A DNA stretch of 37,985 nucleotides from Candidatus Methanofastidiosia archaeon (GTDB taxonomy: Archaea > Methanobacteriota_B > Thermococci > Methanofastidiosales > Methanofastidiosaceae). Of the stretch, positions 34,896-37,985 are shown in pieces. Numbering within the stretch: position 1 is the stretch's first letter; every line of letters starts with the position of its first letter. Made by a program: the position numbers and the translations under genes. The DNA lies in contig PWMA01000144.1 in assembly GCA_003558335.1 (NCBI GenBank), forward strand, positions 1 to 37,985, in the 5' to 3' direction. The notes beneath the pieces were generated by a model. It was not told where the DNA came from. It searched no databases and saw only the letters and a program-made list of their open reading frames with translations.

Positions 34896-35744
34896 TTGTT
34901 TCGTGATATTATGATAAAAGTAGAAGAAGTAATGGTTAGGGACGTCATTTCTGTGACTATACCAGCGACAGTAAACGAAGCCCTAGAAAAAATGCAAAAA
35001 CACAAAAAACCAGACTTGCCAGTCATAAACAAAGAAAAAGAGCTTGTTGGAATTATATCTTTAGAAGATATAATAAAAAATCCTAATGAGGATCAAATAG
35101 CTTTAGTCATGTTTAGAGATTTTAAATCTGTAAAAGAAGGAGACAGTATAAATAAAGTGGCAAAGATTCTTTTAGACTATAACTTAACAAGAGTTCCAGT
35201 TATTTCTAAAGGCAAACTCATGGGGGTTGTAGCGGTTCGTGATATTGTAATGAACGGAATCTCAAAACTTGATTTAACTGAAAAATGTGAAAAGTATATG
35301 AAAGAAGAGGTGCCCTGCATTTGGCAAGAGACCCCTCTTAGATCTGCACTTATGATTATGGTTTATAGCAAATCTAACTTTTTCATGGCATTAGGAAATA
35401 ATGGCGGAATAGTGGGAATTGTTGATACTCAAGATATAATGTCTTCTGGAGAATTCATAAATGAACTTAAAACTACAGAACTTAATATTTCTGGCGAAGG
35501 GGACGATTGGACATGGGAACCGAAAAACGCTCTTCACATTGTTTCAAAGAAGCTTACACTTCCTCTAAAACCAGTTAAGGAAGTAATGTCAACTGACCTC
35601 GTAACAGTCACAAAAAAGACGCCTATTAATAGATGTGCAAAAGAGATGAAAAAGAACAACATTGAGCAAATACCTGTAATTAACGCAGAAGGTGAACTAA
35701 TAGGAATTGTCAGAGATGTTGATATTATAAAATCTCTTTTATGA
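34896..35744 (+). CDS. CBS-domain protein (two CBS pairs)
   Basis: 282 aa. Repeated VMVRDVISV / LVGIISLEDI / LMGVVAVRDIV / LIGIVRDVDI motifs. The start is ambiguous (TTG 34896 or ATG 34911). BRE/TATA AAAAAGCTTTATATA lies at 34846-34860. Confidence 0.8.
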   Translation: MFRDIMIKVEEVMVRDVISVTIPATVNEALEKMQKHKKPDLPVINKEKELVGIISLEDIIKNPNEDQIALVMFRDFKSVKEGDSINKVAKILLDYNLTRVPVISKGKLMGVVAVRDIVMNGISKLDLTEKCEKYMKEEVPCIWQETPLRSALMIMVYSKSNFFMALGNNGGIVGIVDTQDIMSSGEFINELKTTELNISGEGDDWTWEPKNALHIVSKKLTLPLKPVKEVMSTDLVTVTKKTPINRCAKEMKKNNIEQIPVINAEGELIGIVRDVDIIKSLL

Positions 35745-35745
35745 G

Positions 35746-36654
35746 TTGGTAATTTTGTTTGATTCTTTAAAAAATAAATTTTCAGGTCTTGTAGATGGGG
35801 TTAGCTCTAAAAAGATAACTGAAAAAGACCTAAACAAAATTTTAGAAGATTTTGAACTTTCTCTTCTTGAAAGCGATGTCTCTATGAGAGTGTCTGAGAA
35901 AATTGTAGACGAACTAAAGAAAAAACTTACTGGGGAAAAGATTGGTTTAACTTCAAATAAAAAAGACTTTGTAAAAATAGCGATTCAAGAAACTCTGATT
36001 GAAATGCTTGAGTATAAAAAATATGATATTTTTAAAGAAATAAACAAAAAGAGGAAGAATGGAGAGATATTTTCTATTGCATTTGTTGGATTCAATGGAA
36101 CAGGAAAGACTACGACAATTGCTAAATTTGCTAAATTATTAAATGATAAAGGTTATCAAGTTGTTATAGCTGCATCAGATACTTTTAGAGCAGGCTCAAT
36201 TGAACAACTTTCATTACACGCTGAAAAACTTGGAGTTAAGATCATAAAGCACAACTATAAAGCTGACCCCGCAGCAGTTGCTTTTGATGCAATAAATCAT
36301 GCAAAAGCTAGAGGGATTGATGTAGTTTTGATAGATACTGCTGGGCGTTCAGAGATTAATCGGAACCTAATGGACGAAATGAAAAAACTCATTAGGGTAT
36401 CAAATCCAGATATGAAAATATTCGTCGGTGATTCTCTTGCGGGAAATGCTGTAGCTGAGCAAGCTAAAAAATTTTCTGAAATTGGACTTGATGGTACAAT
36501 TCTAACTAAGGTTGATGCAGATTCAAGAGGAGGGGCAGCTCTATCAATAAGTTATATAACAGAAAAGCCGATATTGTATATAGGAACTGGACAAGGATAC
36601 GATGACTTAAAACCATTTGATGCAATGTGGCTAGTTGAAAGAATACTCCCATAA
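35746..36654 (+). CDS. ftsY: signal recognition particle receptor FtsY
   Basis: 302 aa. FVGFNGTGKTTT, DTFRAGSIEQL, DTAGR and TKVDAD..GG are present. Non-ATG start (TTG 35746 or TTG 35755, the latter giving MFDSLKNKF). Confidence 0.9.
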   Translation: MVILFDSLKNKFSGLVDGVSSKKITEKDLNKILEDFELSLLESDVSMRVSEKIVDELKKKLTGEKIGLTSNKKDFVKIAIQETLIEMLEYKKYDIFKEINKKRKNGEIFSIAFVGFNGTGKTTTIAKFAKLLNDKGYQVVIAASDTFRAGSIEQLSLHAEKLGVKIIKHNYKADPAAVAFDAINHAKARGIDVVLIDTAGRSEINRNLMDEMKKLIRVSNPDMKIFVGDSLAGNAVAEQAKKFSEIGLDGTILTKVDADSRGGAALSISYITEKPILYIGTGQGYDDLKPFDAMWLVERILP

Positions 36655-36665
36655 CCTTTATAAGC
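36655..36665 (+). promoter_or_regulatory. TATA box (CCTTTATAAGC) for tRNA-His
   Basis: TTTATAAG is centred ~28 nt upstream of the tRNA 5' end. Confidence 0.45.
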
Positions 36666-36688
36666 AATCTGACTTTAGGTTTTCTAAT

Positions 36689-36763
36689 GGCCGGGGTAGG
36701 GTAGCATGGTTATCCTATGGGACTGTGGATCCCATGACTCGGGTTCAAATCTCGGCTCCGGCC
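36689..36763 (+). tRNA. tRNA-His (anticodon GUG) with genome-encoded G-1; CCA not encoded
   Basis: Folded by hand. Acceptor GCCGGGG/CTCCGGC, plus G(-1) at 36689 opposite discriminator C 36763. Anticodon stem TGGGA/TCCCA with loop CTGTGGA (GTG at 36725-36727). T arm TCGGG-TTCAAAT-CTCGG. Confidence 0.88.
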
Positions 36764-36870
36764 CCTACTTTAAATAAACTTTTATTTTAAAAATAACTAA
36801 CTTAACGATATTATTTAGTGATTTTTTATATATTATAGATATGCTGCAGATAATTATTTAAATTTAGATA

Positions 36871-36880
36871 TTTTTATATT
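36871..36880 (+). promoter_or_regulatory. TATA box (TTTTTATATT) ~25 nt upstream of ATG 36901 (leaderless lrp-like gene)
   Basis: Spacing and composition. Confidence 0.4.
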
Positions 36881-36900
36881 AATAAAAAAGAATTTGTGAT

Positions 36901-37374
36901 ATGATGGTTTCTGAAACTTCATGTAAATTAGATAATCTCGATAAAGATATCTTATCTGAGCTTCAAAAAGATGCAACAATTTCTTATAAAGATTTATCTA
37001 AGAAGATAGGCGCTGCCGAATCTACAGTTTATGATCGTACCAGAAGACTCAGGAGTATGGGGATCATCAAAGGAATTGTCCCTCTATTAGATGCAAAAAA
37101 ATGTGGCAAACTTACTACCGCATGGATAAGAGTTTCTATTGACAATATACAAGATGTCGGTAGGATCTCTAAAGAACTATCAATGATTGATGAATTGCTT
37201 GAAGTTCACGAAATTTCTGGTGAGTGGGACATACTATTAAAGACTAAAGTAACAGACAACGAAGAGTTGAGGGACCTTGAAGTGGAAAAAATAGGGCCTA
37301 TTAAAGGGATAAAAGGTCTTTACTCTCTTATTGTAGTTAGAACTGAAAAAGAAGATATAAGAATAAAACTTTGA
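36901..37374 (+). CDS. lrp: Lrp/AsnC family transcriptional regulator
   Basis: 157 aa. LDKDILSELQKDATISYKDLSKKIGAAESTVYDRTRRLRSMGII (HTH_AsnC) plus a C-terminal RAM/ACT-like domain. Confidence 0.88.
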   Translation: MMVSETSCKLDNLDKDILSELQKDATISYKDLSKKIGAAESTVYDRTRRLRSMGIIKGIVPLLDAKKCGKLTTAWIRVSIDNIQDVGRISKELSMIDELLEVHEISGEWDILLKTKVTDNEELRDLEVEKIGPIKGIKGLYSLIVVRTEKEDIRIKL

Positions 37375-37401
37375 TCTATAAAAAATAAAAAAATAGATAA
37401 A

Positions 37402-37899
37402 TTAATCTATTTTACTAAACGCTTTTTTTGTTGCCCCACAAACTGGACATTTATCTGGAGCATCATCGCCAATTGTATAACCACACACTCCACATACATA
37501 GTAATCTTTTATTGGAAAGTTTTCTAGATTGCTTAGAGCATTTTTGTAAAGTTTAGCATGTATCTGTTCTACTTCATTAGCGAAAACAAAAGATTTTTCA
37601 GCTACTTTGTTCCCTTCTTCTTTTGCTTCTTCTATCATCTTAGGATAAATACTTACAAACTCATGAGTCTCTCCAGAAATGGCTTCTTCTAGATTTTCTT
37701 TTGTTGTTTTTATTTCACCCAGTGCACGAAGATGGCTATGTGCATGAACTGTTTCTGCCGCAGCAGCAGCCCTAAATAGTTTGGCAACGCCAATGTATCC
37801 TTCTTGTTCAGCTTTTTTTGCAAAGGCTAGATATTTTCTATTTGCTTGAGATTCCCCAGCAAAAGCTTCCATTAAATTTTTCTTAGTTTTTTCACTCAT
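37402..37899 (-). CDS. rbr: rubrerythrin
   Basis: 165 aa. The ferritin-like di-iron region (AGESQANRKY, E..H) plus a C-terminal rubredoxin-type CGVCGY...CPVCG. Confidence 0.92.
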   Translation of the reverse strand: MSEKTKKNLMEAFAGESQANRKYLAFAKKAEQEGYIGVAKLFRAAAAAETVHAHSHLRALGEIKTTKENLEEAISGETHEFVSIYPKMIEEAKEEGNKVAEKSFVFANEVEQIHAKLYKNALSNLENFPIKDYYVCGVCGYTIGDDAPDKCPVCGATKKAFSKID

Positions 37900-37985
37900 A
37901 ATATCACTTGATAACAGTTTATTATTATATTAGTTCTCCTTGTAATTTATCTTTTTTCTAGCTCTAGGTCCATCATTAAAAGACC

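Noticed and set aside
37947-37985. A minus-strand open frame ending ...GLLMMDLELEKR* at the right edge.
   Set aside because: Only 12 codons are visible. This is too little to call a gene or a product.
1-37985. CRISPR arrays, rRNA genes, transposases, toxin-antitoxin pairs, or recognisable defence systems.
   Set aside because: None seen. There are no regularly spaced direct repeats, no rRNA-like GC-rich stretches, and no ORFs with transposase, integrase, Cas or restriction-modification motifs.

Overview
This is a densely packed, AT-rich chromosomal segment (about one-third G+C by eye, not computed). It is clearly archaeal. Markers are aRF1 with NIKS and GGQ motifs, RNase P protein Rpp21, archaeal-type ApgM, AMP phosphorylase, a geranylgeranyl reductase, a split transketolase, BRE/TATA-type promoters, and a tRNA-His with an encoded G-1. 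I support about 40 protein genes and 2 tRNAs (Pro-UGG, His-GUG).

Most genes are housekeeping or central metabolism:
- A non-oxidative pentose-phosphate operon (tkt halves, tal, rpe), arsC and apgM.
- A methylmalonyl-CoA module (B12-binding MCM subunit, MeaB, epimerase).
- A complete phosphate-uptake locus (AbrB-PhoU regulator, pstS, fused pstCA, pstB, phoU).
- Citrate synthase and a GapN-like aldehyde dehydrogenase.
- aRF1, SppA, SAH hydrolase, AMP phosphorylase, family II pyrophosphatase, FtsY, Lrp and rubrerythrin.

I see no CRISPR array, rRNA, transposase or integrase, and no obvious island at either tRNA. I found no clearly defined new multi-gene system.

The least explained parts are:
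1. An orphan promoter followed by a GC-enriched two-hairpin element in the 24.05-24.35 kb spacer (candidate sRNA).
2. The block at 7.9-12.9 kb: an Orc/ExeA-like AAA+-wHTH ATPase with an acidic/Tyr-rich insert, a small bitopic protein coupled to a secreted ATPase-less Lon-type protease, and a coiled-coil-bactofilin fusion.
3. A membrane-anchored extracytoplasmic FKBP with a repeat-expanded insert domain, placed just upstream of sppA.
4. A CDIN1/TPD-type PD-(D/E)XK nuclease homolog next to aRF1.
5. An orphan ZnuA-like binding protein paired with a 9-Cys protein.

All functional calls come from motif recognition by eye. No database search was run.
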